Part shown: positions 30,100 through 42,220 of the stretch, piece by piece
Position numbering within the stretch: the first letter of the stretch is position 1
Layout of the letters: each line of letters begins with the position of its first letter
Assembly (NCBI GenBank): GCA_002269645.1
Contig: NIVC01000046.1
Location: forward strand, 205,306-269,305
Source of the DNA: Macrostomum lignano
Taxonomy: Eukaryota
Reading direction: 5' to 3'
Length of the DNA: 64,000 nt
Position numbers and translations under genes: made by a program
Notes under the pieces: generated by a model
Told to the model about the DNA's origin: nothing
What the model saw: only the letters and a program-made list of their open reading frames with translations
Database searches by the model: none

Positions 30100-33000
30100 T
30101 TTTAGACTTTATTACCTAATAAAATAAGAATACATAAGAATAAGACACATTCGACACTTATAATAGTATAGACACCTAATTGTTTTTATAAATTTATTGT
30201 TTTTAGGCTTTAGAAAAAAAGCATTGATGCTTACATTATTCTACTCTCCTTATGCTACTCTTATCTTTTAACAACATATTTCTGTGGCTAGCTGGAAATT
30301 ATTGATTGTTGATATTGATATTTATCAAAGCCATAGGCCATAGGCCTAGAGTTTTTTATTTTTAACTCTTTTGTTTTCTAAATTTACACATATTTCTTGC
30401 AACCTCTGCAATACATTTGCCTGTTGGTGAACTAGGAACGTTAGAGCAGCGGAGCGTTAGCTACTCTAGCTTGCCACTTAGAGCAATGAAGTGTACAACA
30501 AGCCCCATGACTTCAAATTAACTGCAAGCCTGTCTAGCCATCTATGCTAAGGCCATAAGAGTGAAAGATATATGATCTTTTAGCATATTCTTAACTGATT
30601 GGCAAACAGAATTGTATAGTTAATAGCTGTGGTACAGCAACCTTCACCATATTGATATAGTTGGCAAAAGAATAAGCCTAGAGTAATATAGGATAGGAAA
30701 TGCTTTGCCAATAGGCCCCCAAATCTTAAGAATCTAAATCACTCAATTAGACTAAATGACTTCCTATCAAATGTAATCAATAAGCTTAGCTATAAAAAAG
30801 GTAGGTGGGAAAGGGTAGGCCTATTTTATAAGTCAATTTGAATTTATAAGATAATTTATAGTAAATTTTTAGACCAAGTCTTTTGACAAAAAATTATTAG
30901 TCAGATTAGAGACTAGTAATAGATTTACCAAGGTTGCTTTGTAACTCTGGCCTTTAGTTCAAGGTCATTTGCTAGCCATTTTTTATTTGGCCTTAGATTG
31001 GCCTAGAAACAATGTAGATATAAGCTGCTGCTAGTGTTACTGCAGTGGTATTTCTTGGGTATAACTAAAGTTGGCCTTGCACTTTGGTATTATAAAGCAA
31101 GTAAGTTAGTGACAAAGCTAATTAAAAAGTTTTTAATGTTAGCCCTATCTTATTGGTAAATAGCAACATAGCTTCAGTTTTAGCAATGGCATTGTTCTGT
31201 TATTTATTTTGCTTGTTATCAACTTTTTTTATTTGTTTGAGCAAGTTAAAGGCTTCAATATAATAGCTCCTCAAATGAGACCATACTTCTATTAATAGTA
31301 AGGTGGGGGTGGGGAAAAAATGGGGGAGGGTCACAATGGGCAGTTTCTAATGTTTGAATTGCCGCCTGCATTGTCTTGGTACTCGTAAAACTGGAATTAT
31401 TACCATAAAACTTGAATTACTTTCTCCATTGGATACTCCGTCTGCTGGGTCCTCAATTCCAAGGGGGAGGATAGTTTTAATCGTAGTCAAGCAGTCTTTA
31501 GCAAGCATAGTCATTCAGATAGTAGACTCAATGGTCTAGACACCACAATTCTCTTTTCTGAGTTTTCTGAATTGATTACTTTTAGTAGAGTAACATTGCT
31601 ACCACCGTAATTTACATATTATGGAACATTGAGATCTCAGGGCTCGTTTGAAGTTGAGACTAAGTCAGTTGTTTTTTATGCCCCAAAGGCAAATAACTCA
31701 AGATAAACTATTAAGGGCTTTAATAGATTAGTGAAATTAAGTAGAAAGCAGGTCACCAAATTATTTATTATTTTGCCAACAGATGTTTTAGCTACAACAA
31801 AGGGTAATCTAGCTATGCCAAGATGTAGAATAATTAGTAAATTTAATTAACAGCGGTCGCTATTAACGGTTTAAACAAAATGCTAGAAAGAGAGTACAAA
31901 ACACAACCAAAGAGCCACAAAAAAACAAGGAGAAAGGAAAAGGAGGAAAAGAAAACGATGACAATGTATGCCATAAAGGTGGCCAGGACAGCTATATAAA
32001 TAATAACAACAAGCGGCGCCAAGCAAGCAGGGCAACCAGCAGGTCAACCAAGGGAAAAGGTGCCTATGGGAGGGGTCAACCCAAGGATTCTCATAGAAAA
32101 ACGGTAAAAAACAGAAAAAAACACAGGATGGGGCAGCAAGGGGAATAGCCTCAGGAACAAGGACAAGACAGGGAGAGACAAATGATAGGACAGGCGATGA
32201 CGACAAAATTTTGTTATCAAAAAGGGAAAGAAATGGTTTCGTGGAAAATTAATGCCAAAAATAAACAGTCAAAAGACTTAGTGGTAGACTGCACTACCAC
32301 AATAGCCTTAGCTTATTGGGTCTTGGGTGCCACAGTTAATAGTCACTTTGGAAACTACTTTTATCAAGAAAAGCAAATATAGTGCTCAATTTATAATAAA
32401 AAAGGCAATCATAAAAGCCAAAGGCATATTTCTATACAGTATATAAAGAAAAAATGTTTATGGCATATGCTATTGATGAAATTGTTTCTTAGGCACATTA
32501 TAATTGAAAGGAAAAAGAAAAGTAATATGGTAATAGTAAATTAAATGCTATAGATATGAAGCAAATAATAAGCAAAATTCTACAAAAATAATGTCAATAA
32601 TAAAGTATTATTACAAATGTCAATATAAAACCTTAGTTCAGAAATGGTAGTTTTGTGAGAGATCTCAATATTCTAACTAGCCCAGTTAGGGAAATACCTA
32701 GGTGCACCTCAATGTTGATGAGTTTTTGCTGGATTGGCTTATTGGCTAGCATCAAGATCATCTTGAAATTGATCAATGGCATACTATAGCATGGCACTAG
32801 CTTCCTCTTGTGATAGCCATGTTTTTAGTTGCCATAGGCTTGGCTAGAGATAGGCCTACTATGGCAGAGCCTGATTGAGACAAAGATAGGTGATTCTTTT
32901 AAGTACTCTCAAATGCTGTGCACTATTTTGAGTATGACACTGCATATTAATGAGAGCTAGTGCTATCTTATGATAATCTCGGGTTATGGTTTTCTTCACT

Positions 33001-33258
33001 ATGCAACTTTGGGTTGTTAATAATGCAAGGCATCTAAAACTAACTTGGCAATAAATAGTCAATGAAGCACAGCAGTTAGAAAATAAAATTAGATAATATA
33101 ATAAAAATCAAATTGGTGGTAAAGGCAAAAAATGAGCATCTGAATAAGTCATATAAATAGTCATAAGCAGTGCACCATGCCTTTCAAATATAATATTTCT
33201 TTCATGCTAAACAATTTTCCTATCATATCAATAAGCAACAACTTTATCTAATTGCTGC
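30100..33258. other. CpG-depleted, TA/TAG-rich tract (probably old mutated repeats)
   Basis: Roughly 20 CpG in 3.1 kb by eye; no intact ORF. Confidence 0.7.
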
Positions 33259-34340
33259 TGAAATAGATGCTGATTTCTTCCCGGATTAGGCCCTTGTGGA
33301 TTACCTTAAATCTCGAGCCTCTTCAGAGGGAAGTTCTCTTAAATCTCTCAGTAGCGTAGGTAGTGCTGCCACCAGTTCCTTCAGGTCTCAGCCTTCGGTG
33401 AGGTGAGCTTCCCGTCGGAACAAAATAATGAAGTCAACAAACACAGCACTGCGTGCAGATTTAGAGTGCAACAAATAGGGCATCTTGTCAGCAGTACCTG
33501 CCAGGCTAGGATGGTAGAGGGAGGGCTGAGTTAGCCTCTCATAGACTTGGGTTGACTTGGTCGGGTTTCAGTCGGAGCAATAGGAATAGAATCGATATGC
33601 GCAAAGGCTTGGACACTTGGGATTTAGTTACACGCAGACGTAGAACTCGAGGTTGAACAGAAAGAAGCCTCCTTGACAGAAACAAGGGGGAGAGAGCTCT
33701 TATTTATAGCTGGGAAACTCCCGCGCTCAAGACCTCGTGACTTGTTCTATTTTTAGAACTGACGTCACTCGAGAATCTCAGGCAGGGTACAAGCGCACGG
33801 AAGACCTCGTGACTTGTTCTATTTTTAGAAATGACGTCACTCGAGAATCTCGGGCAGGGTACAAGCGCACGGAAGACCTCGTGACTTGTTCTATTTTTAG
33901 AACTGATGTCACTTGAGGGTCCCCCAGAAGAGTGCACATGGCTGTGACTCAGTTGCTATTTTTAGCAACATGAGTCACTCCTCTCCTTAGAAAAGGGAGG
34001 GGTCCGAAAGCATGTGACTTATCCGGTAAACAGAGCCAGCAAGTGCAGTAAACATGTTTACTGCACTTTGAGACTCAGAGAACGCAGAAACTGTCATGTG
34101 ACCAGCTCACAAGACAGGGAGACAGAGACTGACGAAACAAGGACAGCCCGCAACAGAGAAGTTGCGGGCTGAGAAACGCAGGGCAACACGGGCAGAAGAA
34201 AGGGAGGGGGCAGCAACAGACAGCCAAGAGGAGGGAAGCGGGAAGCTGCCCAGCGGCAGACAGCAACCCAGGGCAAGGGCGAGGGCAAGGGCAACTGCTA
34301 ACAAAGTGGGACGCCTAACATTAACTAGTAGATCACTACA
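33259..34340 (-). repeat. 3' LTR (1082 bp)
   Basis: Near-identical to 42221-43298; PPT GGGGAGAG adjoins at 34341-34348. Confidence 0.97.
33701..34068 (-). promoter_or_regulatory. LTR U3: TATA box, ~3 x 72-bp repeats with CRE (TGACGTCA), 28-bp palindrome with two forkhead sites
   Basis: Minus-strand GCTATAAATA at 33710-33701. 72-bp repeats 33729-33920. AAGTGCAGTAAACATGTTTACTGCACTT at 34041-34068. Same layout in the 5' LTR. Confidence 0.6.
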
Positions 34341-34849
34341 CTCTCCCCATTCAAATGAAGAGGCGGAGTGAAAGCGAAGTGCGCTTTATTTAAGAAAATA
34401 GAAATCATTCATTTACTAAAAAAAATTAAAAGTGTGGCAAAAAGATGGCGAATTTCACACGGCTGGCAATGGCTGGGCTAGGGCCGGGATTGCAGCCCAA
34501 AATTTGGTGAATGCGAGTGGGGGGTGCCAGCCCCTGAGAAAAGGCGCCTAAATAGGCAGGTTGCACTCAAATAATGGCAGAGCCCGGCCAAAGATGAAAA
34601 TTAGAGATTTATCAGGCTGCATAAAAGAGGGCCACACAGGCCAAATGTCGAGCGGCTGGGCGAGGGCCAGTGTGTCACCCTAATGCATGTGGGGCGCCGG
34701 CCGCGAAATGCAAGGCGCCTAAATATGATTAAACGCAGAAGAAAAGGGGGGGGGCAATAGCACCAAATGGGGACGGAACAATCCGCGGACCCCTAAAGGG
34801 TATTGGGATTGGTCTTAGATTGTCCCGGACTACAGTTCGTCCTTAAATT

Positions 34850-36043
34850 TCAGAAATTTGGCCCGCGCTGGGCGAACACCCCCGGCAATTCCGGTGTACG
34901 GCCGGCGATCTCCTGGGCAATGGCCAGAGCGACATCGCGGGCAGCAGGCCTGTGCCTCGATTGCACTAGCTCCGGGCCGGCGATTACCGCGGCCTGGTCG
35001 AGGACGGCCTGTCGCTCCTCGTCAGCAAACGCACGCAGCCAGCGCAGCTCTGGCCAGTCAGCGGGTCTCGGTTGCGTGCCATCCCGGGCCGCTGCGATCA
35101 ACCAGGCGGCCACTCGGGAGGTCGCTTCTTCGATCATCCGCCGCCGCTCGTAAACGTCCGTGGAGCCGCCTACCAGCTCAAAGCCAGTCCCGGTCGTCTG
35201 GACGGCCGCGTCCGTCGTGCCTGCCCGAGCCGATGCTAGTGGGAAAGCTGCCTGCAGTTCAGCAGCCAGGTGGCTCCACGAGTATTCCGGCAGGCTGCTG
35301 GCACCTTCCGAGGCGATGCTGACTGGAGAGTTGGGCGGAGCAGGCGGATATGCGGCCTGCAACTCGCTCGCCAGGTTCTGCCATCCATGGAGTGGCAGGC
35401 TGTCCTCCTCCACGTGGGTGTAGTCGGTCTGAATGCCAGCCTCCAGCGACTCCGGCCACAGGTCCTCGGCCAACGTAGGCAGCAAGGGCGTGCTGATGCT
35501 ATTGGGCGGAGAAGCCGGGACCAGCAGCAAGTCCGGGCCAACGAAGCGCCAAGCCGTAGCCTCCGTAGCCTCCGTAGCCTCCGTCGGCGGCGTCGGTTCA
35601 GCCTTGACCTCCCGCTTGATGACCTGCGGGTAGAAGGGGGCTGCCGACGGCTGAGCCGTCAGCTGCTGTCGTGCGCGGGCCAGGCCGCTGTCGATCTCTT
35701 GGCGGATGGCCGCGCTCCCAGCGTTGAAGCTGCGGGGAGAGGCGACCTGAAGCCGCCGGACAGGTGTTGGCTCTCGCCGCTCAGGCGGCGGAGAGCGTCG
35801 GCGCGGCATTGGAGCTGACAGTCGGCTCGCCGGGCGGCTGCCCAACCGCAGGTGCACAGGCACGCGAGCCGCGTCTGAAGGGCCGCCAAAGGGCTCAAAC
35901 TGGCCGGCTGCTGCCCCGATCGGCCGGAGAGTAGCAGATGGCACCGGCATATTACCCGAGCGAGGTCGGCGGATATCGCGGCGTTCTTCGCTGTCACTAG
36001 GCGGCGAGCGCTCAATGCGTTTGGTTGGTTTGCGCGGGTGCAT
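34850..36043 (-). CDS. Accessory ORF3 of the Gypsy element (397 aa, no TM segment)
   Basis: ATG-initiated and uninterrupted, between integrase and PPT. Arg/Pro-rich N-terminus and helical C-terminal domain. Confidence 0.6.
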   Translation of the reverse strand: MHPRKPTKRIERSPPSDSEERRDIRRPRSGNMPVPSATLRPIGAAAGQFEPFGGPSDAARVPVHLRLGSRPASRLSAPMPRRRSPPPERREPTPVRRLQVASPRSFNAGSAAIRQEIDSGLARARQQLTAQPSAAPFYPQVIKREVKAEPTPPTEATEATEATAWRFVGPDLLLVPASPPNSISTPLLPTLAEDLWPESLEAGIQTDYTHVEEDSLPLHGWQNLASELQAAYPPAPPNSPVSIASEGASSLPEYSWSHLAAELQAAFPLASARAGTTDAAVQTTGTGFELVGGSTDVYERRRMIEEATSRVAAWLIAAARDGTQPRPADWPELRWLRAFADEERQAVLDQAAVIAGPELVQSRHRPAARDVALAIAQEIAGRTPELPGVFAQRGPNF

Positions 36044-39000
36044 TTCTGCGCTGGAATGCGTTTTAATCTGCGAGCGGATGCGGGCGATGCGGCTAGCATA
36101 AGTCTTGGCCCTAGGATTAATAACCAGCTCATTGTATCTGCTCGCACTGGCTCACGCCGAAGTGCACTTGCCTGGTTCGCTGGTGTCGTGACCGGTCCAC
36201 CTCCTGGCAGCACCCCCGGGATCGCCAAAGGCCGGAAGTGCCATCGGAAGGCCGGCCTTGCGTCGTAGCCGTCATCATCGTCATCATCGGCGTCGTCCTG
36301 GTCGTCCTCGGGGATCGGCGTCAGGGTCGCGGGTCCTGCGCCGTCGGGAACGTCAGGCGGTCGTTGACGCGTCCTTGGCTTGTCGACTTCAGGATCGGAA
36401 GTCCTCGTGTAGTCAGCGTCAGGCACGAGCAGAAGGTTCCGGCGATGGACGACTAGTTCGTCTCGTCTAGCTTTCGGGTTTGGCAGTCTCCGTCGAATCT
36501 TGTAGACGACCTCGCCCTTGGGCTCGACGACTTCATACAGTGCTTTGCGCGGTCGGTGAAACTTCGCCGCCTCGTCCGGTTCAAGCGCCGGATTGTTGAG
36601 GAAGACCAGGTCGCCAGGTTGAAGCCTCTTGGCGGCGGGCAGGTTCGAGTAGTGCTCGTCTCGCAGTTGCTGGTGCAGATGCAAGCGCTCCTTGGCTAGC
36701 TCAGTCGCTTCGTCCAGGCGACGTTGGAAGTCCTTGACGTAGTCGGGCAGGTCGGCATACTCGGGCAGCTTCTTCAGCGCGTTGTCGATCGGGAGTCGGA
36801 AGTCACGGCCGAACACCAGGTAGTGAGGCGTGAAACCGGTCACCGGGTGCACGCTGGAGCGGAGAGCCATCAGACAGGCCGGGAGGAAGGTGTCCCAGTC
36901 GTTGTGGTTGCGCTCGAGCAGACAGGTGAGGACACTCTTCAGCTGCTTGTTGAGGTTCTCGACTTGTCCATTGGAAGCTGGATTGTACGGTGTTGTTGTC
37001 GTATGCCGAATGCCAAACAGGTCGCAGAACTTCTTGAAGGCCGAACCGGTGAAGTTGGTGCCTTGGTCGGTGTGGATCCAGCATGGTACACCGAACTCAG
37101 GGATGAAGCGCTCCTGCAGAAGCTTGATGACTGTCTTGGCTTTCTGGTTTCTCATCGGGTAGGCGAATGGATACTTCGACGTCGCATCGCACAAGGTCAG
37201 GATGTAGCGGTTGCCGCTCTTGCTCTTCTGCGCGATTGGTCCTACTACATCACAGTGGATTCTACCCAGAACTTCGCAAACTGGGAAGCTCTGGACCGGA
37301 ACTCTCTCTCGCCGTCGCGATTTACTTTCAAGGCAGGTGCGGCACTTACTGATGAAGGTTTTGGTAGCACGGGCTAATCCGGGTCTCCAGAACCGTTCTC
37401 GTAGCCGCAGTAACGTCTTCGTCTCGCCGAGGTGTCCACACAGTGGCGAACTGTGGAGCTCCTGGAGCACCTGGGCGTCAAGGGCCTCAGGCAGAACAAC
37501 CTTTGGCGGCTGCTGGCCATCGGACAGGTCAATCAGCAGCAGGCCGTTGTCCTCCTGCAGGTTCTCGTAGTATCCGAGCAGGTTCCGCTGCTCCTTCGTC
37601 AGGCGCAACCGGGCGTCGAACTCAGGCTTCGGGGCTTCGTCCTTGACCAGGTTGAGCACGTAGCTAATGGCTCGGTCAGCGCGCTGGGCTTCAACGAACT
37701 GTTGGCGAGTCATCGGCAGCTTCAGAAAATCAGTGAGCACGTCGCGGCATGGCTGAGGGGTCATGACTACCGCAGTCTCCGCTTTAATGGCTCCAGGTCG
37801 ATCACACGGCACCGTCTTGTCGGCGTCAGGATTAGGTCGCTCCGAGGGACTTTGTCTCACAACGTCGGCGTACGTCCGTTGATCTCGTTTCGAAGTTCTC
37901 ATCGTCGCTCTCGTGACAGAAAATTCCGCAGATGGAGCAGCGCGCATGCCTCCACTGCCTAGCCCAGGCGACTCTTGGCTGTAGGGCGGGACGCAACACG
38001 TGAAGCACGCCTCGTCGCTAGCAGCCGTAGCCGTCGGCTCAGTCGTCGTCAATTCTGGGTGAGTCTTCTCCTGCACTGGGCGGTGTCGCAAAGGGGGACT
38101 CGACTTTCCGCACAGGCGATGAGCAGCTGTCTGTCGGCCCGGGGGACAGAGCTTCGACCTTGCAGCTGGCGCGAGATTCTGGCCTCTGTCAACACGGCGA
38201 GAAATCTCAGCGAAAGGCTCGGAGGGGTTGTAGTTAAATTGCTTGCCTGGAGTTGCGTTGCGGGCCGTCATCAGAAGGGCTGCTGGTGCGGTGGCCTTTG
38301 AATCTTGGTCCGTGGGCGTCTCCAGAGTCCGAGACCTGTAGTCTTGGGCATCGTCAAGGAGGTCTGTGTTCACAGTGGCCTCAAGGTCTTCGTCCAGGTT
38401 GGGACAAATTGCAGCGGGCGGCATGGGCATCGCGGCAGAGGGCTGTTGTCGCAGTGGCCTCTGGGTTGTCGTCCAAGCCGGTCTCCAGGCGTTGACTACA
38501 GCGGTGGGCGTCGTGCTGGAAGGCTGCTGGCGCGGTGGCTTCCAGGTCTTCGTCCAGGTCAGTCTCGGCCTCCAAGCAGCGAGAGTGGACTGTCTTCAGG
38601 AGGGCTGCTCTAGCAGTGGCCTCGGGTGTCGGGTCCAAATCCGGTTCCAGGTCGTGGTCGTCACCGGGTCGGGCTGTAGAACCAGGTTGCTCTAGCAGTC
38701 GGCCATGCTCGAAGGAGATCGGCGGCGCCTCCGGTCTTCTTGACAGGGCATCAGCGTTGGCGTGGTCCTTGCCTTTGCGGTGGTTGAGCTGGAAGCGGAA
38801 CTCGCTTAGGCGTTCGATCCAGCGGTCTAAAATACCTGTGGCCTGAGTCTGGTTCAGTAACCACAGTAAGGCCCGATGATCGGATCGAACTTCAAACTTC
38901 TTGCCAATTAAATAATGACGAAAATGTCGCATAGCGTCCACAATTGCAAGCAGCTCTTTCTTCGTGACCGTGTAGCGCTTCTCAGGATCGCGAAGTTTAC

Positions 39001-40951
39001 GGCTAAAGAATGCAATTGGACGTTCGACACCGTCGGATTGCAGTTGTCCAAGGCAAGCGCCTATTCGAATATCAGAGGCATCCGTGTCGAGGACAAACTT
39101 CACAGCAGGATCAGAATTAAATTCAGGCAGAGCGAGAACTTCAGTAGAACACAATTTCTTCTTCAGAGTGTCGAACGCTACCTGATGCTCGGGAGTCCAA
39201 TGCTGCCGCAGGCTGCCAATGTCCTTTCGCGTCAGGGCATGCAGCGGCGCAGCCACTCCAGCGTAGCCGTCGACAAACTTGTGGTAGTAATTGGCGAGGC
39301 CTAGGAATTGTCTCAGTTGAGTAACGGACTGTGGCACGGGCCAATCACGGATCTGCGCAATCTTGTCCTCACAGGTCTTCAGGCCGTCGGGAGTCACGAC
39401 GTGACCTAAATAATGCAGCTCCTTGAGGAACAATGACACTTCTTCGGCTTCACTTTGAGGTTTGCTGCGATGATGCGCTGGAGCACGGTCCGCAAATTAT
39501 CCAGCTGTTCCTCAAAGGTCACTGAGTGCACCACGATGTCGTCCATGTAGCCAAGCGCAGTCTTTGGCGTCAGGCGGTCCAGGAGCTTATTGATGCAACG
39601 CTGAAAGCTGCCGGGACTATCGTGGAGACCCATCGGTAGAACTTTAAAACAGAATTGGCCGCGGTCGATCACTGAGAATGCCGTCAAGTGCTGGTCGCAG
39701 TCGCGCAGCGGGATCTGCCAGAAACCTTGAGCAAGGTCCAAGCTAGAATACCACTGAGCACCACGAAGCTTCGCGAAGGTCTCTTGGATGTGCGGGAGCG
39801 GATACGGGTGATACACACACCTGTCGTTGAGAGCTCTGAAGTCGTGGACTAGTCGGATGTTGCCGTCCTTCTTGGGCACGATGAGCATTGGCGAATTGTA
39901 GCTCGAGTAGGCAGGGCGAATGATGTGCTTCGCCAGCATCTCGTCTAGCAGGGCGTCGAGCTTGTCCTTCAGATGAGGCGGGATTCTGCGCGGTGGTAGC
40001 GCAACTGGTGTCCGATCTTTCAGGACGATCTCGTGGGTCACCAGGTGAGTCAGGCCGGCGTCTAGCAGGTGCTTGGAGAAGGCCGCTTGACATTCAACTA
40101 GTAGATCTCGCACTCGCTGATGTTGTTCTTTGGACAATTCGCTGTTGATCTCGACTTCATCTAGCCATGCTATGCTTGACTCTTCAGGACTCTTCGACAG
40201 CTGTCGCACTTCAGGTTCGGGCGTCTCGCTCAAGTACATCAGGTCGGCAGTTCGGAGTGGCGTCGCAACACCAACACGGATACCGGCCTGCAGGAACACC
40301 TCGCTGTCGGCGGTGTTGACGACCTCAATGTAGCCGCGACCTTCAGGCATCGTCATCAGAGCAGGCGCTGCTTCCAGAGCGTTGCAGCTGGGATGCAGCC
40401 TCGACTTAACCAGCTCGACAATTGATGGCGATCCTCGATTCTCAGGGTGGCCGTCATCCAGTCTGACGGCAAGCAGCGCTGAACTTCTAGGCGGCAGGGT
40501 GCACTTCTCGGAGGTGTACACTCGGCGGGTCTGAAGCTCACGGCGCGAATAACGAACGGGGATGCACGTGCCGTTGTTGAACGTCAGCATTCCTTGAGCG
40601 AAGTCCAAGTTCTGGCAGTGCTCTCGCATAAACGATACGCCAAGCAATTTTTCACAATCGGAGACCGTCCGCGACGACATCACCGAACTCCACCGGAATG
40701 GTCACCTTACAAGCAAGTGGGAGCTGCGTCCCATCATACATAGTTACGCAATCGGGAATAGCATGCGATATAATACAACGAGGCATCCGACGTCTAATAG
40801 CGGCCCAGGTTGACGAACCAAGAAAGTTTTTCCGGCTGCCGCTGTCTAGCAAGAAAGGGACCTCTCGACTCGCAACTCGACCTGTGACGTACGGATCGGC
40901 CTCACGCGCATGGATTTTTTGATTCGGGAGGTGTCCACGAAACCTCCGCAC
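35659..40951 (-). CDS. pol: Gypsy pol (protease, RT, RNase H, long linker, integrase), broken by ~4 frameshifts
   Basis: FLLDSGS (PR); LDLAQGFWQ, LPMGL, YMDD (RT); LDTDAS...KKELLAI (RH); H-H-C-C zinc finger, HCDVVGP, HTDQGTNF, GQVENLNK (IN). Confidence 0.95.
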
Positions 40952-40961
40952 TCCGCGTCAC

Positions 40962-42217
40962 TTACTGGCGAGTGACTGTCGGACTGGGCATTGGCGCCTG
41001 CACAGCCGACATCCTCTTCTTCTGGTGACCTCTCGGAGTCTGCCAAGTAACCTGGGCTTGGACCTCGCGGAGGGCGGTGCCGTTGTCGCTCTCCGCCTGG
41101 CCGTTTCCCTGGTTCTGGCGCATCGGGCACTGGGTGTTGCGATGACCGGGCTGTCCGCAGCTATAGCAGATTATAGCTCTCTTCGGCGGACTGGCTATCT
41201 GCTGTTGGTCACGCTGCACCAGGTGATCAAGCAGTCGCTGCTGCTTCTCGATCAAGTCGGTTAGAGTTAGCAAGGCTTGGGCGGTGACGTCGGGCTTCGG
41301 GTCGCCGTCCTGCTCCCCGTCCAACATCCTAACCGGGGGTTGAGCGGTTCGCTGCGCCAATTCTTTGGCGCCTTCTAGTCGTCGTAGTTCTCGAATCGCA
41401 GCAAGAAGATTATTTGGGCGAACCCAGTACAGCCGTTCACGCAGATCTGGAGTCCGGATGCCAGCAAGAAATTGATCAGCGATCTCCTTCTCGCGGTCTT
41501 CAGGATGCATTCGAGGATACGCACGTTCACCAAGAGTTCTCAGGGCGTCAGCAAACTCTTCTGCTGACTCATTCTTGCCTTGTTGACGACGCCTCAACAG
41601 CTCTCTGTACTCATCAGCACCACCATGACGGGCAAATCGCTCAATCAGACGCTGCTTGACCTCCTCGTAGCTGGCAAAACGCGGAAGATTCATACCAAGC
41701 AAGGCAGGATACGCAGTCGCTAAGTCAAGACTCGCGATGAGGTGTTGTTCATCTCGAACGGGTCGACGATGCGCTCCATCTCGCAACGCTGCTCGAACGC
41801 GGCAAGCCAGACATGAATGTCCTGACTTGGAGTAAATTTCACAGTTTTAACTTGTTTACTCACGGGCCGCTCCATCTGCTGCTGCAGAGCTGCCATCATG
41901 GTCCTCACGTCCTGGTGCGTGATGTTCCGGCCGATGTTGTCCAGGCCTTGCAGAAGCTCGTCTGGCGGGTCGTCGGACACGTCGCTTCTGGCACCTCGCC
42001 TCGGCGTCGGCTGCTGACCAAAGTCGTTGATCGCTGCTGCTGCTGCGGCGTCCGCTGCCGCAGGCCTCGAACTGCTGATGTGCTGATCCAGCCGGCTGCT
42101 GCACCGGCTCTCGTCTCGCTCGTTGAACATGTTGAACTCGTCGTAGTCGCTGGCCGATGTCGTTCTCGAAAGAGCGGTTGGCTTGGGTGTGTCGTAGTCG
42201 GATCCCACCGCTGCCAC
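40962..42217 (-). CDS. gag: Gypsy gag with CCHC zinc knuckle (one internal frameshift ~41780)
   Basis: CYSCGQPGHRNTQC; capsid-like LRRRQQGKNESAEEFADAL. Confidence 0.9.
41103..41109 (-). promoter_or_regulatory. Putative -1 ribosomal frameshift slippery site G GGA AAC
   Basis: Correct phase in gag. The -1 frame is open downstream to 40846. A GCGGAG/CTCCGC stem follows. Confidence 0.65.
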
Positions 42218-42219
42218 CA
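42202..42219 (-). other. Primer-binding site complementary to tRNA-Leu(AAG/TAG) 3' end
   Basis: Plus strand ATCCCACCGCTGCCACCA equals the canonical eukaryotic tRNA-Leu 3' end plus CCA, 1 nt from the LTR. Confidence 0.9.
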
Positions 42220-42220
42220 G

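Noticed and set aside
35659-36150. C-terminal ~170 aa of the 923-aa integrase ORF as real protein
   Set aside because: It overlaps ORF3 in another frame and looks like read-through; it is not counted as a domain.
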